This document shows positions 21,092-31,453 of a stretch of 64,000 nucleotides of DNA, in pieces. The notes under the pieces are model-generated. The model was not told the origin of the DNA. It worked only from the letters and a program-made list of their open reading frames with translations, and ran no database searches. The position numbers and the translations under genes are program-made. This stretch comes from Candidatus Velthaea sp. (GTDB lineage: Bacteria; Vulcanimicrobiota; Vulcanimicrobiia; Vulcanimicrobiales; Vulcanimicrobiaceae), in NCBI GenBank assembly GCA_050012475.1, contig JBEKHC010000010.1, positions 1 to 64,000 of the forward strand. The letters are read 5' to 3'. The first letter of the stretch is position 1, and the number at the start of each line of letters is the position of its first letter.

Positions 21092-22383
21092 ACTTGCGCC
21101 AGCAGGGCCAGTGCCGCGTCGAGCTGCGGATCGCTGCCGGGAACGCCGCGCAGCGCGGTCGCCGGCTCGTCCACCGCGAGATCGGGCCGCAGGCCAATGC
21201 CGTCGATATCATGTCCGCCCGGCGTGAAGTAACGAGCCGTCGTCAGTTTCACCGCCGAACCGTCGGGCAGCGGAAACATCGTTTGCACGAGCCCCTTGCC
21301 GAATGTGCGTGTCCCAACCACTTTGCCCAATCCGTGGTCGGCGATCGCTCCAGTTACGAGTTCCGACCCCGATGCCGAGTCGCGGTCGACCAGCACGGCC
21401 AGGGGCTGCGGGGCCGGTGCGGTTCCGTCAGCGACGACGATGTTCTGGTGGCCGTGATTCGTCTGCGTGACGACGATCGTGCCGCTCGGCACGAAAACGG
21501 AAGCCACCCGCACCGCCGCTGTTTCGTAGCCGCCGCCGTTGCCGCGCAGATCGAACAATGTCGCGCGTGCGCCGCGGGCCCGAAGCCGGATCAACGCCGC
21601 TCGGACCTGCTCGCCCGCCGCTGGTCCGAAACCGCGCAGCGCGATATAGGCGACGTCCCCGGGCAGCAGGCGTGCGCTCACCTCAGGCGGCGTGATCGCA
21701 GCACGCACGATTGAAAGCCGCTGCGTCTGCGCATCGGCCGCGCGCAACACGTCCAACTGCACGGTCGTGCCGGCGCGCCCCTTCAACAGCGCGGCAACCG
21801 CCGCGGGCGAACGTCCGGCGAGCGGTTTGCCGTCCACCGCCACGATCCGGTCGCCGGCAAGCAGACCAGCGCGCGCCGCCGGGGCGTCGTCAAAAACTTG
21901 ATCGGCTTGGTACTCTCCCTCAGCAGTCAAAGCGAGCGACACGCCGATGCCGCCGAAGGGAGCACCATCGAGCGCGGTCGTAAAGCGGCGTAACTCCGCG
22001 CGACGAAAAAAAACCGAATACGGATCGTGCAGAGCTGCGAGTTCGCCGCAGATCGCAGCGTAAACGAGCTCGCGCGTCTCGACACGCGAACCGTACCGAT
22101 CGATGGCCTTGCCGAGCTGCTGCTCGATCGCGGGAACCACGCCGCGGCCATCGGGGCGTGCGCGCAGCAGCGGCACCGCCGGATCGGCGACCCCACGGCC
22201 TCGCAGGTATGCGACAATACCCGTACGAGCCCCGTCGAGCAACCGCTGCGGCGAGGCGGCTTGATAATAATTGTCGGTAATCGTCGTGTAGCCCATGTCG
22301 AGCTCGACGATGTCGAGGAGTGAAACGTCGCGGGCGGCCGGCGCGGGCGACGTCGCGCCGAGCAGAGCGGCCGCGATGAACAT
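21016..22383 (-). CDS. S41 C-terminal processing peptidase with PDZ domain
   Basis: DPYS, FGGIG, DLRGNGGG, SASGSE, TFGKGLVQ; N-terminal signal peptide-like segment; start approximate. Confidence 0.92.
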   Translation of the reverse strand: MFIAAALLGATSPAPAARDVSLLDIVELDMGYTTITDNYYQAASPQRLLDGARTGIVAYLRGRGVADPAVPLLRARPDGRGVVPAIEQQLGKAIDRYGSRVETRELVYAAICGELAALHDPYSVFFRRAELRRFTTALDGAPFGGIGVSLALTAEGEYQADQVFDDAPAARAGLLAGDRIVAVDGKPLAGRSPAAVAALLKGRAGTTVQLDVLRAADAQTQRLSIVRAAITPPEVSARLLPGDVAYIALRGFGPAAGEQVRAALIRLRARGARATLFDLRGNGGGYETAAVRVASVFVPSGTIVVTQTNHGHQNIVVADGTAPAPQPLAVLVDRDSASGSELVTGAIADHGLGKVVGTRTFGKGLVQTMFPLPDGSAVKLTTARYFTPGGHDIDGIGLRPDLAVDEPATALRGVPGSDPQLDAALALLAQVHANSVPCSRCVSHVSIKRRAIVSK

Positions 22384-22406
22384 CGCGGCGCCGGCCTGCC
22401 GGTTCG

Positions 22407-22712
22407 CTATGCGGTCATCGAGTCGGCGCCGTCTTCCAACACCCGCATGATCATGTGCGAGTAGGCGCGCCGATAGTTTTCCAGCCACAACAACACGAGG
22501 TCGTTTGGATACGAGGTCGGTTGCCTCGAGCGATCATCGCGAATGACCTCGACGATATCGCGCGCGGTCGTCGCCGGCAGCTCAGTGGCGACATGCCCCT
22601 GGACAAAGTCGAGGATCGCGAAGCCCTCCGCGATCGACTTGATCTTGTCGCGCTGCTCGATTAATTCGCCGACGATGCGTTGCGCCGCCCGGACCGGCTC
22701 GCGTTCGGACAT
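22407..22712 (-). CDS. Hypothetical protein, 101 aa
   Basis: Clean ORF with host-like codon usage and an upstream GGAGA RBS-like sequence. Confidence 0.65.
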   Translation of the reverse strand: MSEREPVRAAQRIVGELIEQRDKIKSIAEGFAILDFVQGHVATELPATTARDIVEVIRDDRSRQPTSYPNDLVLLWLENYRRAYSHMIMRVLEDGADSMTA

Positions 22713-23222
22713 CTGTTCCAGCGTCGATTCTCCAATGAAGCTATCTGAAGAGTGTACCCAGGATGCACGAATTTTGCACCCGCTACTAGGTCACCATTTT
22801 CCCGAAACAAAGTACCTTCGGGGAAGTTGGTGCGTGATGCATCTCACAAAGGCCGATAAAATGGGCCTTTTTCACTATAATTTGTGCGCGCGATCCGTGC
22901 ATCGAGCCGCTCAAACCGCATGCGTTCGATGCACACTCCATCACGCAAAAGCAGATGAGTAGCTACTCCGCGCGTCCGCAGTCCGCTCCCGCAAGCAGCG
23001 TCGCGCACGCGTGCATCGCTGCCTTTGCGTCGTACGCGCGCCGCCTTTGAGTCGTTAGGCCCAGCGCGCTACGGATCGCAGGCCCACGCCGCGCCCCGCC
23101 TGCCAAGGACAGCGAGCACTTTGTTACTCGAACGCTGCCCGGCACAACTTCCAAAGTGTCCGGCGGCGTTCGCTTGCCTTCCTTGCAAGAGCAGGCTGCG
23201 GTCCTTTGCCCCGTGCTGCCGG

Positions 23223-24668
23223 CTACGAGGTTTTTACTTCCGCACCGTCCTGCGCCCAGCGCGTGTGGAACGAACCAAATGCGTCCGGTCGCCGATAGGT
23301 GTGCGCCCCGTAGTAATCGCGCTGTCCCTGGAGGAGATTGGCCGGCCCGCGCTCGCGCCGGTACCCGTCATAATAAGCGAGCGCCGATGAGAATGCCGGG
23401 ACCGGGACTCCAGCCTCAACCGCTTGGCTAACGACGCGTCGCCATGCCGCCTGCGCGTTCATCACCGCGGAACTGAAGTACGGCGCGAGCAAGAGATTTT
23501 TGAGCCGCGCATCGGCATCGTATGCTTCTTTGATGCGATTGAGAAAGCGGGCGCGAATGATGCACCCGCCGCGCCATATCGTCGCGATCGTCCCGAGCTG
23601 CAGGTCCCAGTGGTATTGCGCCGCGGCAGCCGACATCTGCTCGAAGCCCTGGGCGTACGCGACGATCTTCGAGGCGTAGAGCGCGTCGCGAATATCGTCG
23701 ACGAAGCGCACGGTGCGATCGTCGCCGGTCAAGCGCGGATCGGGGCCGCTCAAGATACGGGACGCATCTTCACGCTCGGCCTTGCGGGCCGAAAGCGCGC
23801 GCGCAAATACCGCTTCCGTGATCGCCGTCAGCGGAACCCCCAGTTCAAGCGCCGATTGAGACGTCCAGCGCCCGGTGCCTTTTTGTTCGGCTTCATCCAA
23901 AATCAAATCAACGAGCGGACGGCCCGTCTGCTCGTCGACTTTGTGCAGCACTTCGGACGTGATTTGAATGAGATACGAATCGAGTTCGCCCTCATTCCAG
24001 CGCGCGAAGATGTCGCCGATCTCGCGCGCGTCATAGCCGAGCAACTCCCGAAGCAAGTCGTAGGCCTCGGCAATGAGTTGCATGTCGGCATATTCGATTC
24101 CGTTGTGCACCATCTTCACATAGTGACCGGCGCCGTCGGCACCGATGTACGTGCAGCACGGCTGCCCGTCGACTTGCGCCGCGATCCGGGTGAGAATCGG
24201 CTCGATCAGCTTATACGCCTCGGGCGTGCCGCCGGGCATGATGCTCGGTCCGAGCAGCGCGCCTTCTTCACCGCCGGAAACGCCCGTGCCGATGTACCGA
24301 AAGCCTTTGGCTTCGACATCATGCGTTCGCCGGACCGTATCGGCGAAAAACGAGTTTCCGCCGTCGATGAGGATGTCGCCGGAATCGAGATGCGGCAGCA
24401 ACTCGTCGATGACGTCGTCGACCGGTTTCCCCGCCTTGACCATCATGAGGATCGCGCGCGGCCGTTTGATGGCGGCGACGAATGCGGGAACGTCCTGCGC
24501 ACCCACGAACGTGCCCTCGCTGCCGAACTCGCGCAGGAATTCGTCGGTTTTTGTATTCGTGCGGTTGTGTACTGCCACCGTGATCCCGCGGCGCGCGATG
24601 TTTCGGGCTAAATTCGCACCCATAACCGCTAGGCCGGTGACGCCGATCGTCGCTTCTGCTGCCATCAT
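23223..24668 (-). CDS. gndA: NADP-dependent 6-phosphogluconate dehydrogenase
   Basis: GLAVMG, IDGGN, VSGGEEGA, KMVHNGIEY, QKGTG, QRDYYGAH; ATG after GGAGG. Confidence 0.97.
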   Translation of the reverse strand: MMAAEATIGVTGLAVMGANLARNIARRGITVAVHNRTNTKTDEFLREFGSEGTFVGAQDVPAFVAAIKRPRAILMMVKAGKPVDDVIDELLPHLDSGDILIDGGNSFFADTVRRTHDVEAKGFRYIGTGVSGGEEGALLGPSIMPGGTPEAYKLIEPILTRIAAQVDGQPCCTYIGADGAGHYVKMVHNGIEYADMQLIAEAYDLLRELLGYDAREIGDIFARWNEGELDSYLIQITSEVLHKVDEQTGRPLVDLILDEAEQKGTGRWTSQSALELGVPLTAITEAVFARALSARKAEREDASRILSGPDPRLTGDDRTVRFVDDIRDALYASKIVAYAQGFEQMSAAAAQYHWDLQLGTIATIWRGGCIIRARFLNRIKEAYDADARLKNLLLAPYFSSAVMNAQAAWRRVVSQAVEAGVPVPAFSSALAYYDGYRRERGPANLLQGQRDYYGAHTYRRPDAFGSFHTRWAQDGAEVKTS

Positions 24669-24889
24669 GTATCCTCCGTTTCGAATGCTAAGTGCGGCTC
24701 GGAGCCAGATGATTCCAGCCAAGGGAGCGGCGGCCGATGAGCGCGCGAGGATATTTGCGCCGCAATCCGCTATGTTAGGCGACCGCATCTCGCCCATGGT
24801 TCGCGCGAACTCGTGCGTCCGGCGAGTCGGCACCGCTGAGATAGCGTCGGTGCGAAAAGAAGTTCCGCACGTGAACGGGAGGTTTTTTT

Positions 24890-25747
24890 ATGAGCAGCCA
24901 AATCGGTGTGCATGCCGCGGTCTGGTCGGGCGGCTGGAGCGATGCCGAAAGCCGGCACGCGATCGCCGAGAGCAAAGCGGCGGAATACGATTACATCGAG
25001 ATCATGGCATTTGATCCGGCGTCGATCGACGTCGCGAAAACGCGCGCGCTGCTGGCCGACGCCGGGCTCGGTGTGACGAGTTCGCTCGGGCTGAACTGGG
25101 ACAATGACCTTTCTAGTGAAGACCCTGCTGTCGTCGCCCGCGGCGAAACGCTGCTGGAGGCCGTGATCGATTGCAACGCCGCCTTGGGATCGAAATACCT
25201 CGTGGGCGTAATTTACAGCGCATTGGGAAAATATTCGCGCCCCGCGACGCCGCGCGGACGCGCGAACTGCGTCGCCGCGCTGCAGCGCCTGGCGCGCCGC
25301 GCCGCCGACAGCGGAATCACCTTGGGACTCGAGGTGGTCAACCGCTACGAGACCAATCTGTTCAACACCGCCGCGCAAGCGCTCGACATCGTGAGCGAAA
25401 TCGGCGCCCCCAATCTCGGCGTGCACCTCGACACCTACCACATGAACATCGAAGAGGACGACTTCGACGAACCGGTGCGCTTGTGCGGTGACAAGCTCGT
25501 CTACGTGCACATCGGCGAAAGTCATCGCGGCTATCTGGGTTCGGGAAACGTCGATTTTGCGACCTTTTTTCGCGCGCTGGGCGAATGCGGATACGCCGGG
25601 CCTATCGCATTCGAGAGCTTCTCGAGTGCCGTGGTCGCACCCGCACTTTCCAACACGCTGGGCGTCTGGCGGAACCTCTGGACCGACAATCGCGATCTCG
25701 CGCGCCACGCCAAAGAGTTCATCGACCGGCTGCGAGCACCGTCGTAA
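24890..25747 (+). CDS. Ketose 3-epimerase (D-psicose/D-tagatose 3-epimerase-like TIM barrel)
   Basis: LEVVNRYE, DTYHMNIEE, HIGESHRGYLG.G, FESF. Confidence 0.88.
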   Translation: MSSQIGVHAAVWSGGWSDAESRHAIAESKAAEYDYIEIMAFDPASIDVAKTRALLADAGLGVTSSLGLNWDNDLSSEDPAVVARGETLLEAVIDCNAALGSKYLVGVIYSALGKYSRPATPRGRANCVAALQRLARRAADSGITLGLEVVNRYETNLFNTAAQALDIVSEIGAPNLGVHLDTYHMNIEEDDFDEPVRLCGDKLVYVHIGESHRGYLGSGNVDFATFFRALGECGYAGPIAFESFSSAVVAPALSNTLGVWRNLWTDNRDLARHAKEFIDRLRAPS

Positions 25748-25753
25748 CCCACG

Positions 25754-25816
25754 CCCTGCGGCTCGGGCCGCAGGCCCGAACGCCATGGATTCGCGGCGCG
25801 TTCAGCGCCGCGAATC
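25754..25816 (+). repeat. Two-hairpin intergenic element, copy 1
   Basis: CCCTGCGGCTCGG-[hairpin]-CCGAACGC.ATGGATTCG-[hairpin]-CGAATC, shared with 31396-31453. Confidence 0.75.
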
Positions 25817-25822
25817 CTGCTG

Positions 25823-27490
25823 CTATGGCAGCGTCAGCGGACGATACCGGATCCGGTGCGGTTTGGCGGCTTCTTCGCCGAGCCGGACGATTTTATTCGC
25901 TTCGTACTCCGTGTAGTTGCCTTCGAAGAAAAAGACCCGCGAGTCGCCCTCGAAGGCAATGATGTGCGTCGCGATGCGATCGAGGAACCAGCGATCGTGG
26001 CTGATGCACAGCACCGTGCCGGCAAATTCGCCGAGCGCGTCTTCGAGCGCGCGCAGCGTTTCGACGTCCAGATCGTTGGAGGGTTCGTCGAGCAGCAGCA
26101 CGTTGGCGCCGGCCAAGAGCGTCTTGGCGAGGTGAAGCCGGCCGCGTTCTCCGCCGGAAAGCGTTCCGACGTTCTTCTGTTGGTCGCCGCCCTTGAAATT
26201 GAAGCGCCCCAGGTACGCGCGTGAGGGCATCTCGAAACGTCCGACTTTGAGCACGTCGAGCCCACCGCTGACGTCGTCGAAGACCGTCTTCGTGTTGTCG
26301 AGTGATTCGCGGGTTTGGTCGACGACGGCCAGCTTCACCGTGGGACCGATGTGAATCTCGCCGGCGTCGGGCTGCTCTTTGCCCGCGATCAAGCGAAACA
26401 GGGTCGATTTTCCCGCGCCGTTGGGGCCGATGATGCCGACGATCGCGCCGGCGGGGATGCGGAACGAAACATCGTCCATGAGCAGCCGGTCGCCGTATGC
26501 TTTGCGCACGCCGGAAAAGTCGATGACGCGATCGCCGAGCCGCTCGGCGACCGGGATGAAGATCTCCTGCGTTTCGTTGCGGCGCTGATATTCGTAGCTC
26601 GAGAGTTCCTCGAACCGTGCCAGGCGGCTCTTGCTCTTGGATTGCTGGCCCTTGACCCCCGAACGCACCCATTCCAGCTCGCGCTTGAGCGCGCGCCGGC
26701 GGGCTGACTCACTCGATTCTTCCTGCGCCAGACGCTGCTGCTTCTGATCGAGCCACGAACTGTAGTTCCCCTTCCACGGGATGCCGCGTCCGCGATCGAG
26801 TTCGAGGATCCACTCGGCGGCGTTGTCCAGAAAATAGCGGTCGTGCGTCACGGCGACGACGGTACCGGGGAAACGTTGCAGGAAGTGTTCGAGCCATTCG
26901 ACGCTTTCGGCATCGAGATGGTTCGTCGGTTCGTCGAGCAGCAGCATGTCGGGCTTCGAGAGCAGTAAACGGCAGAGCGCCACGCGGCGCTTCTCGCCGC
27001 CCGAAAGCGGCCCGATCTTGGCATCCCAGGGCGGCAACCGCAAGGCGTCGGCCGCCAATTCCAGCTGCTGTTCGAGATCGTCGCCTGCGGCGAACAAAAT
27101 CGCCTCGAGCTTGTGCTGCTCGTCGGCGAGTTTGTCGAAGTCGGCGTCCGGATCGCCGTACGCGGCGTAGACGTCGTCGAGCCGTTTGCGCACGGCGAAG
27201 ATTTCGCCCAGGGCCTCTTCGACCGTCTCGCGCACCGATTTTTGAGGATCGAGCTTGGGCTCTTGCTCGAGGTACCCGACGCTCAAATTGGCCATCGGCT
27301 TCGCTTCGCCGTCGATGTCGGTGTCGACGCCGGCCATGATCCGCAATAGCGTGGATTTTCCGCCGCCGTTCAGGCCTAAAATGCCGATCTTCGCCCCCGG
27401 CAAGAAGCTCAAAGAAATGTCCTTGAGGATCTGGCGCTTGGGCGGGACGGTCTTGCCGACCCGATGCATCGAGTAAACGTATTGCGTCAT
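25823..27490 (-). CDS. ettA: ABC-F translational throttle EttA
   Basis: 555 aa, two ABC domains (GLNGGGKS, GPNGAGKS), C-terminal HRIRYRPL. Confidence 0.96.
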   Translation of the reverse strand: MTQYVYSMHRVGKTVPPKRQILKDISLSFLPGAKIGILGLNGGGKSTLLRIMAGVDTDIDGEAKPMANLSVGYLEQEPKLDPQKSVRETVEEALGEIFAVRKRLDDVYAAYGDPDADFDKLADEQHKLEAILFAAGDDLEQQLELAADALRLPPWDAKIGPLSGGEKRRVALCRLLLSKPDMLLLDEPTNHLDAESVEWLEHFLQRFPGTVVAVTHDRYFLDNAAEWILELDRGRGIPWKGNYSSWLDQKQQRLAQEESSESARRRALKRELEWVRSGVKGQQSKSKSRLARFEELSSYEYQRRNETQEIFIPVAERLGDRVIDFSGVRKAYGDRLLMDDVSFRIPAGAIVGIIGPNGAGKSTLFRLIAGKEQPDAGEIHIGPTVKLAVVDQTRESLDNTKTVFDDVSGGLDVLKVGRFEMPSRAYLGRFNFKGGDQQKNVGTLSGGERGRLHLAKTLLAGANVLLLDEPSNDLDVETLRALEDALGEFAGTVLCISHDRWFLDRIATHIIAFEGDSRVFFFEGNYTEYEANKIVRLGEEAAKPHRIRYRPLTLP

Positions 27491-27658
27491 CGGTATCGCC
27501 TATTGCCCGCCCGCCGCGCGCCCTCATCCCGGTTGCGGACGGCCGATTTTCGACGAAACGGGACGCGCCGACGCATTTCGGACGCTCCGAGGACGCCCCA
27601 GCGCTATGCTGAGGTTGCCACGGATCGTCACCCCGGCGCGTAGAGGCGCCGAGGAATC

Positions 27659-27690
27659 AGGGCCGGCCGCCTCGAGCGGCCGGCCCTTCT
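27659..27690. terminator. Strong GC hairpin, probable terminator
   Basis: AGGGCCGGCCGC-CTCGA-GCGGCCGGCCCT perfect 12-bp stem downstream of the GMC operon. Confidence 0.65.
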
Positions 27691-27701
27691 CGCTTTTGCC
27701 A

Positions 27702-27988
27702 TCAGGAAACTGCGCGCAGGGTCGCACTCGCCGCCGCGGGTTGCGCCCCGTCGAGCGGCCGGCCCGCTTGCAAGCTCATGTAGCGCAGGCAGCAGACCCG
27801 CAAGAACGACGCAAAGTTCTTCACGTCCTCGCGGTATTGGGTGACTTCGTCGTGCAATTTCACGATCAAGCCGTTCGTCGTGGTCTGCTGCTGGGTGGCC
27901 TGATCGTCGTGAGAACGCCGTGAATGCGCAGCGAGCGCGCGCGCGATTCATACAAGATCGGATCGGCCTGGGCGTACACCTGGCACAT
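27702..27988 (-). pseudogene. Ribbon-helix-helix domain protein, frameshifted by an internal deletion
   Basis: MCQVYAQADPILYESRARSLRIHGVLTTIR in one frame, TTNGLIVKLHDEV...NFASFLRVCCLRY in another; the span is 287 nt, not a multiple of 3. Confidence 0.8.
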
Positions 27989-27990
27989 GC

Positions 27991-29562
27991 CTACACCGCT
28001 TGTTTGGACATCGCGTCGGTGATGAACTCCGCTTGCCGGATCGCCAGCGTGACGATCGTGAGCGTCGGGTTCTCAGCGGCGCTGGTGGTATAGACGCTGC
28101 CGTCGCTGATGAACAGATTGGCGATGTCGTGCGCCTGGCCGTGCTTGTTGACGACACCCTTGGCCGGATCTTCGCTCATGCGGCTCGTGCCGACATTGTG
28201 CGTCGACGGATAGGGCGGTGTGCGGAACGTTTTCGTCGCACCGGCCGCCAGATAGATGGCCTCGCCGCGTTCGTAGGCGTGGTTGCGCATTGCGATGTCG
28301 TTGGGGCTGTCGTCGTAGTGCACGTTGGGAACCGGCAAGCCGTGCTGGTCCTTGACCGCGGTGTTGAGCGTGACGCGGTTGGTTTCGCGCGGCAAGTCTT
28401 CACCCACCAGCCACATCCCGGCGACATTGTTGTAGTTGTCGAGGAAGTGCGTGAAGTCGCTCCCCCACGCGCCCGGATCGAGAAACGCTGCAAAGAACGG
28501 CAGACCCAGGGAGATCGTCTCCATCTCGTAGCCGCCGGCAAAGCCGCGGCTGGGGTCGTGCTTGGCTTCGTCTTGCACGATCCCGGCCATTGTCGTGCCG
28601 CGGTACATGTGCACCGGATGATCGAAGAGCGCATAGACCGACCCGGTCATGTGGCGCATGTAGTTGCGCCCGACTTGGCCCGAACTGTTCGCCAAGCCGT
28701 CGGGATATTTGCTGGTCGCCGAATTGAGCAGCAGCCGCGGCGTTTCGATCGAGTTGGCGGCAACGGCGACGACGCGCGCCTTTTGACGCTGCTGTTTGCC
28801 GTCGGCATCCACGTACACGACGCCGGTCACTTTGCCTTTGGCGTTGCTCTCGATGTTGAGCACGAATGATTCCGGCCGCAGATCGAGCCGCCCGGTCGCC
28901 TCGGCGTGCGGAATCTCAGTATACAAGGTGGACCACTTGGCACCCGTTTTACAGCCTTGAAAACAGAAGCCCATCTGCTGACACCAGACGCGGTTGTCGC
29001 GCGGATGGCTGTTGATCGCCATGTGACCGGTCGACACGCGTTGATAACCGACCTTGGTCGCACCGGCGTACAAAACTTTGAAGTTGTTGTTGCCGGGCAG
29101 ACCGGGGTTACCGTTGGTTCGCGTCACGCCCATCTTCGCTTCGGCGCGGTCGTAATACGGCTCGAGTTCGCCAAGCGTGACCGGCCAATCGAGCAAGTTG
29201 GCGCCGGCGACATCGCCGTAGGTCGTCCGGGCCGCGAACTCGTGCGGCTGGAATCGCAGCGAGGCGCCGGCCCAGTGCGTCGTGGTTCCGCCGACCGTCT
29301 TGCAAATCCACGTCGGTAGGTTGGGAAAATCTTTGGCTACGCGCCAGGTACCCGACGTGGTGCGGTTGTCCAGCCAAGCCAGCTGCTTGAACGACGGCCA
29401 CTCTTCTTGCGTGAAGAGGGCGCTGGACTGACGTTTGCCCGCCTCGAGGAGGACGACGTTCACGCCTTTTTGCGTGAGCTCGTTCGCCAGCGTTCCACCC
29501 CCGGCGCCGGACCCGATGATAACGACGACCGAATCGTCATTGTGATCGAATGGTGCTGCCAT
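27991..29562 (-). CDS. GMC-family flavoprotein oxidoreductase
   Basis: IIGSGAGGG, KTVGGTT.HW, C..GFC.QGC, HNVGT.RM, NPTLTI. Confidence 0.93.
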   Translation of the reverse strand: MAAPFDHNDDSVVVIIGSGAGGGTLANELTQKGVNVVLLEAGKRQSSALFTQEEWPSFKQLAWLDNRTTSGTWRVAKDFPNLPTWICKTVGGTTTHWAGASLRFQPHEFAARTTYGDVAGANLLDWPVTLGELEPYYDRAEAKMGVTRTNGNPGLPGNNNFKVLYAGATKVGYQRVSTGHMAINSHPRDNRVWCQQMGFCFQGCKTGAKWSTLYTEIPHAEATGRLDLRPESFVLNIESNAKGKVTGVVYVDADGKQQRQKARVVAVAANSIETPRLLLNSATSKYPDGLANSSGQVGRNYMRHMTGSVYALFDHPVHMYRGTTMAGIVQDEAKHDPSRGFAGGYEMETISLGLPFFAAFLDPGAWGSDFTHFLDNYNNVAGMWLVGEDLPRETNRVTLNTAVKDQHGLPVPNVHYDDSPNDIAMRNHAYERGEAIYLAAGATKTFRTPPYPSTHNVGTSRMSEDPAKGVVNKHGQAHDIANLFISDGSVYTTSAAENPTLTIVTLAIRQAEFITDAMSKQAV

Positions 29563-29601
29563 CGTCGTGCTATGCTCCTTCGCTCATGCGGAAAGCGCTG
29601 G

Positions 29602-30171
29602 TTACAGATAGGGTGCGGGGCTCGCGGCTTCGGGCGGGTTCGGCAGCCAGCTCAGATCGTTGAAGCCGCGCCGAAGGTAGCCGCCCTTGGGCCACGACGG
29701 TCCGGGGTAACCGAAGTGCGCAAACGCCATCTCGTTGTCGTAGAGCGAGGTGATGCACTGGCCGCGCACGGTCGCGAAAAACGGCGTGCCCTCCAAACTC
29801 TTGACCGCTTTGAGTTTGACCTCATCGCTGGCGGCGGCGAAGTTTCCGCCGGCCGCGGCATCGAGCGCGGCGGTTCCTTGCGTGAGTTGCGCCGCGACGG
29901 TCGGATCGGCCGCCTTCGCGTCGAGATCCTTGGCCAGCAGTGCATAGACTGCCGTGTCGAGCTTGTTGTGCGGGTAGAGAACTTTGCCGAAGGCGACGAG
30001 CGTCGTGCCTTCCTGCGTCGAAAGACGCGCAAGCTCGAGCGCCCAGACGCGGGTGGGTGCCAGTTCGGCGAGCACGGAACCAGCCGCAATCGTTCCCACC
30101 AGCATAGCCGCGCCGCGCAAAAGCTCGCGACGGTTCAGAGTCGGTTGTCCATCGCTCACGCTGACCTCCAC
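29602..30171 (-). CDS. Tat-exported small subunit of the GMC dehydrogenase (gluconate 2-dehydrogenase subunit 3-like)
   Basis: NRRELL twin-arginine signal; FGYPGPS..KGGYL.RGFNDL.WLP. Confidence 0.8.
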   Translation of the reverse strand: MEVSVSDGQPTLNRRELLRGAAMLVGTIAAGSVLAELAPTRVWALELARLSTQEGTTLVAFGKVLYPHNKLDTAVYALLAKDLDAKAADPTVAAQLTQGTAALDAAAGGNFAAASDEVKLKAVKSLEGTPFFATVRGQCITSLYDNEMAFAHFGYPGPSWPKGGYLRRGFNDLSWLPNPPEAASPAPYL

Positions 30172-30397
30172 AAGCGAAAAAATCCAAAGCCGAGTCCGGC
30201 AAACGCCGTGTCGGTTCGACGAAAATCGGCGCAGAGGTAAAAATTTCCTACCAGGCCGCCCGCCTGGGATAGTTTATTCCGCTCGGCGGCAACCCGGGGT
30301 AATACTCCCGTATATTTTTCCGCGCTCACGAGGCGCACAACGTCGCGCGGGGTCCGTGTTTCCGGGTGTTTTGCGTGCCGCTGGGTACAAGATCCGC

Positions 30398-31291
30398 ATG
30401 GCACAACTACCACTTTCTGCAGCTGCTGCGGGCTCGTTTGCGATCGGGGGCGACCTGCGCGTCTCCCGGATGGGTTTCGGCGCCATGCGCATCACCGGCC
30501 CCGGAATCTGGGGGCCGCCCCGCGATCGCGCGGCCGCCCTGGCCGTCTTGCGCCGGGCGGTAGAACTCGGCGTGAACATCATCGATACCGCCGACTCGTA
30601 CGGCCCGGACGTCAGCGAAGACCTCATCGCTGAGGCACTTTTCCCCTATCCCGCCGATCTCGTCGTCGCGACCAAGGGCGGCCACACGCGCAGCGGGCCG
30701 GATCAGTGGACCCCGGCCGGCGAGCCGGCCCATCTCCAGGCGGCCCTCGCGGGCAGTCTCAAACGTCTGCGCCTGGAGCGGATCGATCTCTATCAACTTC
30801 ACCGGCCCGATCCCAAAGTCGCGTTCGAACGCTCCGTCGAGGCGGTCGCCGAGATGCAAGCTGCGGGCAAAGTCCGGCATGTCGGGCTTTCCAACGTCAG
30901 CGTCGCGCAGATCGAGAGCGCGCGCAAGATCGTCCCGATCGTTTCGGTGCAGAACCGGTTCAACAACGCAACGCGCGGCGACACGGTTTTCAATGGCGTC
31001 ACCAACGACGAGACGCTCGCGGTCGTCGACTACTGCACCGCGCACGGCATCGCGTTTTTTCCCTGGGGTCCGCTCGCCGCCGGAAAACTCTCGTCGGAAC
31101 GCATCTCCGCGGTGGCCGCAGCGCGCAACGCGACAGCCAATCAAATTGCATTGGCGTGGCTGCTGCGCCGCTCGCCGGTGATAATCCCGATTCCGGGCAC
31201 CGCCTCGATCGCACACCTCGAAGAAAACGTCGCTGCCGCTTCGATTCAGCTCTCCGACCAAGAATACGAATCGCTTCTCGTCGCCGGCTGA
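30398..31291 (+). CDS. Aldo/keto reductase
   Basis: RMGFGAMR, IDTADSYG, ATKGG, IDLYQLHR.D, PIPGT. Confidence 0.94.
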   Translation: MAQLPLSAAAAGSFAIGGDLRVSRMGFGAMRITGPGIWGPPRDRAAALAVLRRAVELGVNIIDTADSYGPDVSEDLIAEALFPYPADLVVATKGGHTRSGPDQWTPAGEPAHLQAALAGSLKRLRLERIDLYQLHRPDPKVAFERSVEAVAEMQAAGKVRHVGLSNVSVAQIESARKIVPIVSVQNRFNNATRGDTVFNGVTNDETLAVVDYCTAHGIAFFPWGPLAAGKLSSERISAVAAARNATANQIALAWLLRRSPVIIPIPGTASIAHLEENVAAASIQLSDQEYESLLVAG

Positions 31292-31395
31292 AATCGCATC
31301 CCCGGCCGGGAGGGGCCGCCGCTTTCGGTAGGAGTGTGTCGGGCTTTGCCCGACACGCGACGACCGGATGGGTGCCCTCGGCTTCGCTCGGTGCA

Positions 31396-31453
31396 CCCTG
31401 CGGCTCGGCGAAGCCGAACGCGATGGATTCGTCGAGCGAAGCCGCGGCGAATC
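31396..31453 (+). repeat. Two-hairpin intergenic element, copy 2
   Basis: Same flanks and linker as 25754-25816 with different stem interiors. Confidence 0.75.

Noticed and set aside
22845..22872. GCCGATAA as a sigma-28 -10 box
   Set aside because: There is no TAAA at the expected spacing and no downstream plus-strand gene; it sits within an AAAGGCC…GGCCTTT hairpin.
27600..27690. Possible small RNA (TATGCT -10-like box, two hairpins)
   Set aside because: No recognisable family; the hairpin is sufficiently explained as the GMC operon terminator.
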